Source of the DNA: Guillardia theta CCMP2712
Taxonomy: Eukaryota; Protista; Cryptophyta
Reading direction: 5' to 3'
Assembly: GCF_000315625.1 (NCBI RefSeq)
Contig: NW_005434634.1
Span: 210,531-274,530, forward strand
Length of the DNA stretch: 64,000 bases
Part shown: piece by piece, positions 22,701 to 34,489 of the stretch
Layout of the letters: each line of letters begins with the position of its first letter
How positions within the stretch are numbered: the first letter of the stretch is position 1
The notes under the pieces: model-generated
Told to the model about the DNA's origin: nothing
The model's database searches: none
The model's input: only the letters and a program-made list of their open reading frames with translations
Made by a program: the position numbers and the translations under genes

Positions 22701-25700
22701 CACCGCGACATTGCGGCAGCCGTCAGCTACTCAGTCGACCTCTTCCTCGAGCACTTCATCCAGACCTCCTGGATCTGGCACGGGGACCGGGACAAGCCTG
22801 TCCTCCTCCTCCTCCATGGCTTCCTGGGCTGCAAGGAGGACTGGGACCCGCTAGTCCCCGCCCTCCTACAGGACGGCACGTGCTCGTGCCTCGCCGTCGA
22901 CCTGCCCGGTCACGGAGATTTCGCGTGGAAGCAGGGGGGCATGTCTTCCCAGCTGGCCCTGTCGTGGGAGGTCAGCTGCTTCCTACTGGACATGCTGCTG
23001 CAGAGGCTGGGCGTGTCATCGTGTGTGCTCGTGGGATACTCGATGGGGGGTCGACTCGCCCTCAACTTCGCGCTGAAGCATCCTGCGCGGGTCAAGAGCA
23101 TGTGCATTCTTAGCGCGCACCCTGGGCTGGAGAGCAGCGAGGAGAGGTTTCAGCGGGTGTGGGCGGACCGGGCAAGGGCGGATGAGCTGAGGAGGCTGGT
23201 GGAGGAGGAGGAGGAGGAGGAGGAGGAGGGGATGGGACGGGTGAAGCAGGAGGAGTGGAGGAGATGGTTGATGGAGTGGTATGGCCAGTCGCTGTTTGGG
23301 GAGATTGTGAAGAGCGAGAAGTTCCCGAAGATTTTGGAGAGGTAAGAACAACGATGAAGATGATGATGATTGCGACGCTGATGAATGATTTTGACATGAC
23401 AAAGATGAAGCTTTAAGAATGATGATGATTTGGATGACGATGAAGATGATGTTTGTAATTGAGATAATGATAGTGATTCTTTCATGGTTCTCAGTTTGAC
23501 TCCTCATCTTGTCTCTTTGCTCCTCCTTGTCCTGCTCATCTCATCCCTTCTTCCGCTCTCTCACCATTTCCTCAGGAGAAGGCGGGGAAATCCGAAGCAC
23601 CTGGCGGAAGTTATGGAGAACTGCAGCGTCGGGCGTCTATCAAGCGCATGGAACTTGTTTGAGAACTCTGGAGCTCCTATCCTGTACTTGTACGGAGAGA
23701 GGTGAAAATCAGCCCCTTGCCCTCCTCCTCCTCNNNNNNNNNNNNNNNNNNNNNNNNNNNNNNNNNNNNNNNNNNNNNNNNNNNNNNNNNNNNNNNNNNN
23801 NNNNNNNNNNNNNNNNNNNNNNNNNNNNNNNNNNNNNNNNNNNNNNNNNNNNNNNNNNNNNNNNNNNNNNNNNNNNNNNNNNNNNNNNNNNNNNNNNNNN
23901 NNNNNNNNNNNNNNNNNNNNNNNNNNNNNNNNNNNNNNNNNNNNNNNNNNNNNNNNNNNNNNNNNNNNNNNNNNNNNNNNNNNNNNNNNNNNNNNNNNNN
24001 NNNNNNNNNNNNNNNNNNNNNNNNNNNNNNNNNNNNNNNNNNNNNNNNNNNNNNNNNNNNNNNNNNNNNNNNNNNNNNNNNNNNNNNNNNNNNNNNNNNN
24101 NNNNNNNNNNNNNNNNNNNNNNNNNNNNNNNNNNNNNNNNNNNNNNNNNNNNNNNNNNNNNNNNNNNNNNNNNNTTCCCCCCCCCCCCCCCTCTCTCCCT
24201 CGTCGTTCTCTTTCATCTCTCACTCTACTCCCTCTTCTGCTGTCTTCACTCGTCCAATCCCTCTTCCCTCCCCCCTCCTCTCCCCTCCCCTCTTGTCCCC
24301 ATCTTCCTATTCCTCTCCTCTCTCCCCCTCCTCACTCCTCTTGTCTAGGGACACGAAGTTCGCTGCACTAGCCGACAAGCTGCGGGCTCGATCTGGCTCG
24401 CACGTGCTCGTGCATGCTATCCAGGGATGTTCGCATGCAATAGTGGAAGAGCAACCAGATGCCACCGCACGGGAGATCGTCAGGTAGGAGAGGGAGACTG
24501 AGGAGCGGGAAGAGTGGGGAAGGAGCAGGAGACAGCAGAAAGTGAGGGCAGAAGCTGAAAGAGGAGGAGGTGGAGCAGCAGAGTGCAGGAGCAGAGGGAG
24601 GGGGAGGGAGAAACAGTGGTGGAGGAAGAGGTCTTGCGCAGAGGAGCAGGAGCGAGCTGCTCAGTCGCTGATCGCCTTGTCAGGTTTCTCTCGACTGATT
24701 CTCTTCCAACAACCGTTGGATCGTCAGACTGCGACAACCTCATGATCGCCTCGGTGCAGGTGAAGAAACCCCTCTCCTCCTACCTCGCCCGAAGGCTCCT
24801 CCTCCTCCTCCTCCTCCCACCGCCGCACACCGCCCCCGCCCCACCGCCGCTGCCGCCGCCGCCACCACCACCGCCACCTCTTCCTCCTCCTCCTCCCACC
24901 TCCTCCTCCTCCTCCCACCTCCTTCTCCACTCTCCTCCTCTCTCCCTCCCTGCCGCCGCCGCCGCCGGTCCAGCTGACCTGCCTTCAGGTCCGGCGGATG
25001 GACGTGAAGCTCAAGGACCCGCTGCAGCTGAGCCGAGGAGACGCGATGACGCTCAGGAAGGGCTTCTTGATCGAATGCATCAGCATGGGAGGGTAAGACA
25101 GACATGCTCCATACACTAACCTCCTCCTCCCTCCTCCCTCCTCCTCCTCCCTCCTCCTCCTCCCTCCTCCCTCCTCCTCCTCCCTCCTCACCTCCTTTCT
25201 CTCTCCCTCCTCACCTCCTCCTCTCTCTGCTCCCCTTGTCCTCGTCCTCTCCTCCCCGGCATTCCTCCTCCTTCTCCCCTCCCTCCTTATGCTCCTCCCC
25301 CACTCCTTTTTGCTTCTTCCTCCTCCTGTCTCCCTCTGTTCTCGACCTCGCTGACGTCCTGGCAGGCATGTGGGAGTGGGTGAATGTACTCCCTTGCCAG
25401 GGTTTCATGAGCAGACGTATGAGGAGGTGGAGAGACAGATTCTAGATGCGTGCAAGGTGAGAGTTTCCTTTCTTCCTCCTCCTCCTCCTCTTCCCCTCCT
25501 CTCCCTTCCTCCTTCTCCTCCTCTCCCCTCCTCTTCCTCTCCCCTCCCCTCCTCCTCCTCCTCTTCCCCTCCCCTCCTCCTCCTCCTCTTCCCCCTCCCC
25601 CTCCTTCTCCTCTCACATTATCTCATCCTACTTTCATAGTGTCTCTGTGGGCGGATCGTTCCTCGTGCCATCGCGAACTTCGACGGCTCCTTCACCCGCT

Positions 25701-28159
25701 GGCTCTTCGGAGAGATATCGTGAGATCTCTCCTCCTCCTCCTCCTCCTCCTCCTCCTCCTCCTCCTCCTCCTCCTCCTCCTCCTCCTCCTCCTCCTCCTT
25801 TTCCCTCCCGTGTCCTCCTCTCCTCTCCCTCTTCTTCCTCTTCCTACTCCTCTCTGTCGCTCTCCCCACTTCTTTCCTCTTCTCTTTCCCTTCCTTCCCT
25901 GCATCACCTTTCTCCTTCCACCCCCTACATACCCCTCCAGCTCTAACCCCAGCTGCCTCCAGCGACGTGGAGAAGTTCGCGCAATGGCACTTCGACGTTT
26001 CCCAGGTTGGCCGTCAGCTCCCAGCTGAGAGCATTTCCCCCGTCGTCCTGGCGGCGCTCGAGATGGCACTAGTCCAGCTGGTCTCTCATGCTCTAGAGCG
26101 GCCCCTCTGCCGTGTCCTCTCGCCCCCCTCCTCTGGGCACAGCAAGGTCCTGCCCCCGCTCGTCCCCAGCTGAGCGATCCTTACTGACACGCTGAAGCAG
26201 CTCCGCTCATTCGTCAGCCTAAACGGCTTGATGACGCGAGGAGAAGTCGAGCTGCCCCGTTCCTGCAGCTCTAGAGTTGTCAAGGTCAGTAGCCTCCTCC
26301 TCCTCCTCCACTGTCTCGTCCTCCTCCTCCTCCTCCTCCTCCTCCTCCTCCCTCCTTCCCCTCCCCCACCTCCTCCTTCTCTTCCTCTTGTCTTTCTCCT
26401 ATCTTTCGTGTGACCCGCTGGATCAGGTGAAGGTTGGGGGAAAGGAGGACGTCAAGAAGGAGGCGGAGGAGCTGAGGGATCTTGTCAAGAAGGCGAAGGA
26501 GGAGGGATGGAAGTTGCGGCTAGACGCCAACAGGTGCTGGGACCTCGAGCAGGTGAAGTCGAGGCCTCTTCTCTCTCTCCTCTCCTTCCCTTCCCACTCG
26601 TGTCCTCCTCTTCATCTCCAGTCCTTGCCCTCAAGTTCTTCCCGCTCGTCCTTTCCTCTTCCGCTGCTCTCCTTCCTCTCAACTTGTCCTAGTCTACTAC
26701 TCCTCTTCCTTCTCTTCCTCATCCCTCACCATCCCCTTCTACCTCCCCTCCCTCCCTCCCTCCCTCCCTCCCTCCCTCCCTCCCTCCGTCTTCTCTTTTC
26801 TCTTTCCTGAACTCCTCGCAGGCTGTTCAGTTCGTCTCCAGCATCGGCTTTGACAACCTGAGTGTCATCGAGTACATCGAGGAGCCGTTGACGGACTTCC
26901 GGCAGCTCCCGCGCTTCTTCCAGCAGACAGGCCTCAGCTACGCGCTTGACGAGTCTCTGCTCGACGACAGCTGGGAGGAGCTGGCGCAGGACGCGGGGCT
27001 GGCGGCGCTTGTGCTGAAGCCGACGCTGCTGGGGGGTCTAGAGCGCTGCTGCCAGCTGAAGCTGCGGGCGCGGGAGGGGGTGAAAGCGGTCCTGAGCTCG
27101 GCGTTCGAGAGCGGTCTGGCCCACTGCTTCTATGGCATCGCTGCTGGGGTTCTGCTGGACGTGGAAGAGGCGCATGCTCATGGGCTGTCGACGTTCGAGC
27201 GACTGGAGACGGATAGTCTCACTGTTCCGATGAGCCAGACGGTGAGAGACTCTCCTCCTCCTCCTCCTCTCCCCCTCCTCCTCCTCCTGCGGGTCAGCCG
27301 TAGACCCTCCGCAGCATCTTCGTCAACAACAACAAGCAGTCGTGGGCGAGCATGACCATGAGCGGCGTGATAAGGAGCGCTTCACCATCATCTGGTGTGA
27401 TCAGCCACTACTGGACTACTATATTAACATCCTCGTCGGCGGCCGCTCATCCCCGGCGGATAATGCNNNNNNNNNNNNNNNNNNNNNNNNNNNNNNNNNN
27501 NNNNNNNNNNNNNNNNNNNNNNNNNNNNNNNNNNNNNNNNNNNNNNNNNNNNNNNNNNNNNNNNNNTGCCCACGCCTTTTCTGGCACGAGGGGAGGCTCA
27601 CCGGACGCGCAAGATAGGCACCCACAGCACCGTCGACTTCGACCCCTTCGAGACGCATCTCCCCGTGCCCCCTAGCAAGCCGGCGAAAGCACCTCCTCCT
27701 CCCCCTCCTATCCCCTTCTTCCTCCACCCCCCACCACTCGGACTCCTCCTCCTCCCTCCTCCTCCTCCTCCTCCTCCCCTCCCTCCTCCTCCCCCCCTCC
27801 CTCCCCTCCCTCCTCCTCCTCCTCCTCCTTACTTGTTCCTTTCTCCCTCTCTCCCTCCGTCCTCTTTCCTGCCCTGCCAGCTGAGACGGCAACAGATGTG
27901 GAACGGGAGGATCGACATATTCAAGTGCGAACAAGAGTTGTTCAGCATTAAGGGGTGAGAGGAGGAGAGGAGAGCAGAGGATTGGTGATGAGAGGAGGAG
28001 GAGGAGGAGGAGGGGGTTGAGGGGAGGAGGAGGAGGAGGGTTGAGGGGAGGAGGAGGAGGAGGAGGAGGAGGGGGTTGAGGGGAGGAGGAGGGAGAGCGG
28101 GAGGGAAGTAACGCAAGGGCGGCAGGAACTTGAAGAAGTTTGACTTGATCTCCGACTGA
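18482..28159 (+). CDS. PHYLLO: Tetrafunctional phylloquinone/menaquinone enzyme MenF-MenD-MenH-MenC (PHYLLO-like, different domain order)
   Basis: MenF (about 18800-20500): YYGGSRFD..EWQEFG, K|VVLSR, GCSPE, AISGT, KDKYEN, PTPAVCG, IRS, YAGAGIV, EWEETAFK. MenD (about 20530-22700): CPGSRSTPL, DERSAGF, TSGTAVANL, TADRP, SMPIRD, NRGASGIDG, GD..ALYD, NNGG. MenH (about 22780-24480): HGFLG, DLPGHG, GYSMGGR, GE|RDTKF, SHAIVEE. MenC (about 24740-27950): GECTPLPG, K|VKVG, LRLDAN, YIEEP, ALDES, LKPTLLG, SSAFES. Final exon ..KG|NLKKFDLISD*. Confidence 0.9.
23734..24174. other. Assembly gap (441 N) inside a MenH-domain intron
   Basis: Run of N; the flanking exons join as GE|RDTKF. Confidence 1.
27467..27566. 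other. Assembly gap (100 N) inside a MenC-domain intron
   Basis: Run of N. Confidence 1.
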
Positions 28160-28491
28160 AGCTTCAAGACTGTACATATACCAACAAGATCTTGTAGAAA
28201 TGTGTTAAAGAGAAGAAACTACCAGTTCGTTTGTCTGCTCCTCCCTTGCTCCTCCCTGCCGCCTACTGCGTCCTTTCCTCCAGAACCCTCCCCATCCAGA
28301 CTCCTTGTCCCTCTCTCCCTCCGGCCTCCTTCCTCCTCATCCTCCTCCACCACCTCTCCTTCTTTTTCCCATCTTCCCCTCCTCTGTCCTCCTCCTCCTT
28401 CACCTTCAAATTAGATGCTTTACTATTAACTTGTGAATATCAGTATGTGTGTGTGGACATGTTCAAACTCGTTATCTTCCCTCCCTCCCTC

Positions 28492-31400
28492 TCATTCTGT
28501 TTGCGGTGTAGAACACTCACTATCCTTCGACTCTTCTTCAGCAATCAACTCCTCTGTCTTGGTCTCCACCGTTCGCATACACTCCTCCTCCTCCTCCCCG
28601 TCCTTTTCCTCCTCCTTTTCCCTGCTCTCCTCCCCTCTTCCACGTTCTCCTCTTTTCCCTCCACCTTGCAGAACCTGCCACTTCACCGTCAGCACCTGCT
28701 CTTGCGCTCGCAGCCAGCGTCTCTGCCTCCACCTCCTCTCTCTTCTGTATGCTCCAATAGTCCTCCCTCTGTCCTCCTCTCCCATCCTCTCCTGCTCCTG
28801 CTCCTTACCTCGTCCACATCCTCCTGTACTCAGCCTCCACGTTGCTCATCAACGCCTGGCCCGAGCAAAGGGGCGAGGAGAGTAGTCGGTCGCGCAGAGT
28901 GTCGCGGTAGCTGCGGATCCTCTCGGGGCTCCTGGCAAGCTGCACGGCGATGTCGCAGTACTCGTCCTCGTCCTTGGCGATCAGTTCGTGAAGCCCGACC
29001 TGCAGGAGAGGAGGGCAGTGAGGATCAGGGGAGGAGGAGAGTGGAGAAGGAGGGAGGGGAAAATGAAGACGATGCGTGAGAGGAGTGAGAGGAGTGAGAG
29101 GAGTGAGAGAAGGGGTGGGAAGTGGAAAGGAAGGAGGAGGAGGAGGAGGAGGAGGGAAGGAGGAGGGAGGGAGGGAGGGAGGGAGGAGGGGGGAGAGTTA
29201 CCTGTGTGAGCAGCGAGACGCCGACGTTCTGCGAGTGGGTCGCGTTGTCTCCACGTGCCTGTAGGGTGATGACAGGGACGCCCATCAGAAGAGCCTCAAC
29301 GGTCGTGGTGGTGCCGGCGTAAGGGAACGTGTCGAGAGAAATGTCCATGCGGGAGTAGGCGGCGAGATGCTCCGACGTGCTCGACATCACCATCTGCATG
29401 TCGATGCGATTCCTGGAGGAGAAATCAGCGGCTTTCTTGCAGATGGCAGAGGAGGAGAGAAGAAAGCGAAGGGAAGGGAAGAGATCTTGTCGGAAGGAAC
29501 AGTGGGAGGGAGGGGTTGTGGAGGAGGGGAGGAGGAGGAGGAGGAGCAAGGACTGNNNNNNNNNNNNNNNNNNNNNNNNNNNNNNNNNNNNNNNNNNNNN
29601 NNNNNNNNNNNNNNNNNNNNNNNNNNNNNNNNNNNNNNNNNNNNNNNNNNNNNNNGGAGGAGGAGGAGTTTCTCGGGAGGATCGACCTGGAGACGCCGAA
29701 CTCTGATAGAGCTGAGACACAACTCTCTCTGACTTGACTTGCAGCGAAGGCTCGTGACTTGAGGAGAAGCCGGGAATCTGGCAGAGACGCAAGAATTTTC
29801 CCCCATAGGTTGACAACACCGCCATTCATCTGCAAAGGAACCAAATGAGATGGCTGAAGGAGCGGGAGAGGTAGGATGGGGAAGTGAGATGAGAGGAGGA
29901 AGGTGGAGAGGAGGAAGGGAGAGCAGTAGCAGAGGAAAGGAATGGGGAGGAGGAGGAGGAGGAGAAAATGAGGGGAAATGGAGAGCAGTAGAGCAGAAGT
30001 TTGAAGAAGGGGAGGAGAGAAGTGGGAGGGAGAAGAGATGCAGGAGGGAGGAGGGAGGAGTTGGAAATACCTTTGCTACGTTGTTGAAGCTTCCAAAAGT
30101 GACGTAGTGCAGGGCCTCGCAGGGGGGTGGGGCAACGGGTCCCGCTTCCTCTGCTGGGGTGTAGCAGAGGAAAGAGTCGGGAAGCCGGACAAGCTCCTCC
30201 TGCTTCATTTCTCAGGAATGGGAGGAAGGAGGAGGAGAGAGAAGCGATGAGAAAGGGGCAGAGATACGGGGAAGGCCCTAACAGTGAGGAAAGGAAGCTG
30301 AGAAGGACAGGGAGGAGGGAGGAACGCGGTCTTACGGTGAACTTCTGGGTCGTGTCCAGAGGGTCTGCCTTGTCGTCTGTGAACCTGTAGTCGATGGTGT
30401 CCAGGCCTGTCGTGTTGGGATACCCGATCCAAGAGACCTGACGAGAGAAGATTCAGCACTGGAGGGCGAGGAGCAAGGGATGTGTGGAAGACGATGAGGG
30501 ACGGAGATAGTGAGGTGCATGACGGGGAGATCAAGGAAGGAGGCAGGAGGAGGGAGAACGAGCGAGCCATGGAGGGCAGGCACCTGGACTGGAGCTGGAT
30601 GGAGTGCGAGGACATCGAGGCGGTTGGAAGCTGTGTGACCCGAGAGCTCAACGAGAATGTCAATCTGATCAGCCTCGATCATTTGCGCGACCTGCAAGCA
30701 GCTCAGCTGAGTGTTCTTGCCACTCCTCCCTCCACCTCCTCTATCCCTCCTCTCCCACCCTCCTCTCCCACCCTCCTCTGCCCCTTTCCTCCCTCCTCTC
30801 CCTCCCTCCCCCTTCCCTCCTCCCTCCCCAACCCCCCCCCCCCTGTCCTCCAGAACAGTCGTACCACAGCTGGAGGCTTGCTGGCAATATTCACCCACGA
30901 GTCGGACATCTCGCGCAGCCTCCTCGTCATCACGTCCTCCTTGGTCGCGGCGTAGTAGCAAGTGACGTGAAAGTTTTCTCTGCTCCTGCACCTCAGCGCC
31001 GCCTCGAAGAAGTAGGCGACCGAGTGCTTGTTGAAGTCCGGGGAGATGTATCCGACCTTGATCTGCCTCTCCACCTTCTTCACATTCTTCCAGCTGTTCT
31101 TCTTCGGCCCTGCCTGCAACCGAATCTCCCTCCCCCACTGCTCGTGCGCCGCTGAGATCTCGTCCCGGCTCCTCGTCACCGAATAGTTCAGGGCCAGCAG
31201 TCTGCAGAAGCCATCGGGGCCAGTCAGCCAAGTTCCTGCGCACTCGGAAAGTTCAGTGCGGACCTGTTGTGGGCTGAGTTTGGGGCGGCAGAGTAGATCT
31301 CGAGGCTTTTCTCGTAGTAGTGGATAGCTTTCTCGGCATCTCCAGAGTCCTGGAAGAATTTTCCTGTAGGCACTAGTGAGGAAAGTCGTAACAGGAGAGG

Positions 31401-34033
31401 ATGGCTGACCAAGGTTGGTGTAAGCCGCCGAGTAGTTGGGATACACTTGCAAGGCCGCGTTGAAGTATGCGAAGGCGTCTTCCGGCTGGCAGCGCAGCTG
31501 GTCAGCTCACAGCTGACTGGATGGCAGGACGCGAGGAGGAGATCATGTTGAGAAATGCATGGAGGAGCGAGAGGAGGCGGAGGGTAGATGCAAATGGTTC
31601 ATCGCACCTGGCACATCATGGTGAAGACGACACCCATGTTGTTGAGAGCCTCCGGGAACGCTGGTTTGACTCGGAGAGCGGACTCGTAGCACTGAAGAGC
31701 ACGGGGAAGGTTGTCAAAATCCTTGTAGATGACCTGAAAACACAAGGAAGTCAACGGAGGAGAGTCATGGAGATGTCAGAGATCAAGAATCGCCTTACTC
31801 CGAGGTTGTTGTATGCTTCCGCGCATCTGGGGTTCATCTGAGTAGTGAGCTCGTAGCAGATGATGGCTTTCTCCGGCTCATTCTTCTCTATGTATGCAAC
31901 CCCGAGGTTGTACATGGCGTCAGCACTCTTGGGGTTGTAGAGCAGTGCCTGAAAACCGAGATATCAAACCAACTGGCAATGAAAACGTGCTCTACCTGTT
32001 TGTAGAAGTTGATGGCATCATCGATCATTCCTTGAGATTTGACAACTGAGATTGGACGAGGTTTCAGACGTCAAAAGAGATTCAGAGGCAAATGATCACC
32101 AGTCCCGAGGTCAGAGAGAGCAAGTGAGATGTTTTGCAGTGCAAGCTGAAAATTTGGATTGAGCTGGTCGATGACGTCAGGCCAAATTGAGAAGAAAGGT
32201 CACAGACCTCGAGACAAGCCTTGAACGACTCGATCGCCTCTTGAATCTGGTTCCTCCCCTTGAGGAGAACCCCGATGTTGTTGTGCGCTTCTGCGTTGAA
32301 CAGACGGTGAACTTGGCCAGTCAGAACACCATTGCATCTCACCGGCATATCTCGGACAGCATTCTAGCGCCCTCTTGTACTCCTGCGGAGAAATACTTCA
32401 ACACCATTCCATGTTGCATCATGGTTTCTCTCATACCTGTATAGCTTCGTCGACCAGGCCTCTTTCTGCCAACACGATCCCTTTGGAGCAGGATGTTTCA
32501 GTGAACGTAACAGGATCATTCAAGCAGCGGCAACCTAGGTTGTAATGACTTGGCGCATAGCCTTCAAACATTTCAGTGAGTACGAGGCGGCAAATCTCAG
32601 AAGATCAGAGAGCATACATGGGCAGATCTGTGAAGCTTCTTTGTACTTGAGGTACGACGCATCTCCCTAAACAGACGGAAACGCCCTCAAACCAGATATG
32701 ATCGACAAGCGGAAATGCTCAAAACCTGCCCGAGGAGTTTCAGTCTTGTCCCTTCATCTGTCAGCGCCGTTGCCAATCCCTTCAAAAATCCTCAGCTTCC
32801 TCACACAATCGAGAAGCAACTCCATACCTCCGCCGCAATGGTACAATTCGGGTCTATCGACAGGGCCTCCCGGTAGCTGCAGTGCAAGTCATGCAAGCAA
32901 GGTTTTTGAGATCACATATGACGGCACCATTCGATTCCCTCATTGAACTTCTTCTCCCTGATCTGCAAGCTCTTCCATGATTCCTGACCCTCCCCGCACA
33001 AGACGATCACCCGTAGAAGTCCAAGGTAACTCAGAGTGGTTGTGTTCCTCGGATCGAGCTCAAGAGCCGCTTCCATGGCCTGGAGTTCAGGAATGTAAGA
33101 GTCCTGCTAACTGCCAACGTTGTCATGAAGAAACCTCTGTCGCTGCTGGGTTTCTGCCCAGCTTGCCGAGCGAAATGGCTTTTCCTAGGGTAGCGCTCAC
33201 CTAGAGACCATGTGAGAAGTGTGACTGGCAATCGAGAGATACGTCTACCATGTCAACGTTCACTTCGTCTTGCGGCGTAGGAGGAGGAGTAGACAGAGCC
33301 TGGAGGGACCTTGAGGACCAGCCTGATCGAGATCTACAGTAACCTGCGAGCTCTCCGAAACCACTGGGGAGTCCGCCAAGGAAGTCATCCGTGAAATCGC
33401 GGCCTTATGATCGAGTCAGTCATCGCCCTCTCCCATCATATGTATGGCAATACTTCGTAGCAAAGAATCGCCTCCTCATGCTTGTCTTGATCGGCAAGTG
33501 CCCTGCGCAAAGTTACCTTGCGGACTCCTTCTACCTCGGTAGAAGCATGTCCCACCTGCCCCTGTTGATATAGTCCTGGGGCTTCATATGCTGGGCTTCA
33601 GCCAGGGGGACAAAGAGAGGAATCATCCTCAAGGATGGCTGAGTCACGTGGACCTCGTAAGGCCCTCCCTCACTACTCCCTGCAAATCTTCGAGGGAAGG
33701 TGAGAAATCTTGTAAACCGAGTCAGTCTGGTATGTTGACGAGGAGAAAGGGCATTAGACAAATTCAACGGCATCGCATTCTGTCTGCTATGATCTAAATG
33801 GTGTGCTCTTGAAACCTACAAACGATGCCATGATACTTCGCATGGACTGCACAAGAAACAAGTATAGTCGGGTGGGCCAATAAGTGTGCGTCTAGGTCAC
33901 AAGAGGGAAAGACACAGCTAACATCAGCAAGGAAAGACGGAAGGAACAGGAGGGCATGATCCTGATCGTAGGATGAGGTGTTGTTCTCGTCTCCCGTCTC
34001 TATCCTCTTGCTTCCTTCTTCCCTCCTTCCCAT
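28492..34033 (-). CDS. SPY: SPINDLY-type protein O-fucosyltransferase (GT41; TPR array plus catalytic domain), multi-exon
   Basis: TPRs (AEAHNNIGVLLK, ADAMYNLGVAY, CAEAYNNLG|VIYKD, EALNNMGV). RLLALNY, VGYISPDFNKHSVAYF, DILVELSGHTASNRL, PAPVQ|VSWIGYPNTTGL, TFGSFNNVAK, DISLDTFPYAGTTTT, HSQNVGVSLL are SPY-type rather than OGT-type motifs. The start (33600-34033) and stop are approximate. Confidence 0.9.
29556..29655. other. Assembly gap (100 N) inside a SPINDLY intron
   Basis: Run of N. Confidence 1.
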
Positions 34034-34489
34034 CACGCGCTCAAACCATCATGGAAGCTTTCGGGCCACACAAGATTTGGGTCTCGCCGAATATTTTGGT
34101 CACTTTCTAACAAACATTTTCAAAGTCACTGAGTCCATTTGAAAATGGTCTACCTCCTGCACATGCGGGAATAACGGACTGTAACGTTTTGTAACAAAAA
34201 TGGACGTTACATACCGTTACAACAATATACTGAACGCCGGTGCCACGGTGTTGCCTCTTGACTCGAGTCCGACAGTCTCACGGAGAATCTCAGTGATCTC
34301 AGTGATCGGCAAGCAGTGGGGTGAAAGAGATGATAATATCCCCAGTGACAAACTGAGCAATCTAACAAGGACAGAGGAGGAGGAGGACTCCGGGACTCCA
34401 AGCCTGAGGAGGACTGAGGAAGAGCGGCTTGAAAGCTTGAGAGCACTGCCGCAAGAGCGGCCCATTATGGTACCGTAGACCTTGTTACT

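Noticed and set aside
23509-24487. Long ORFs spanning the N run
   Set aside because: Artefacts of translating an assembly gap.
18482-28159. Separate, frameshifted or pseudogenised men genes, or bacterial contamination
   Set aside because: Frame changes coincide with GT..AG introns, F-D and D-H are joined within exons, and the flanking genes are eukaryotic.
28492-34033. O-GlcNAc transferase (OGT/SEC)
   Set aside because: Motifs (GYISPDF..HSV, DTFPYAGTTTT, H..NVGVSLL) and the lack of a long intervening domain fit the SPY clade.
34296-34360. Possible C/D-box snoRNA (GTGATCG..CTGA with an internal GGGG/CCCC stem)
   Set aside because: The C box deviates from RTGATGA and I could not identify an rRNA-complementary guide.
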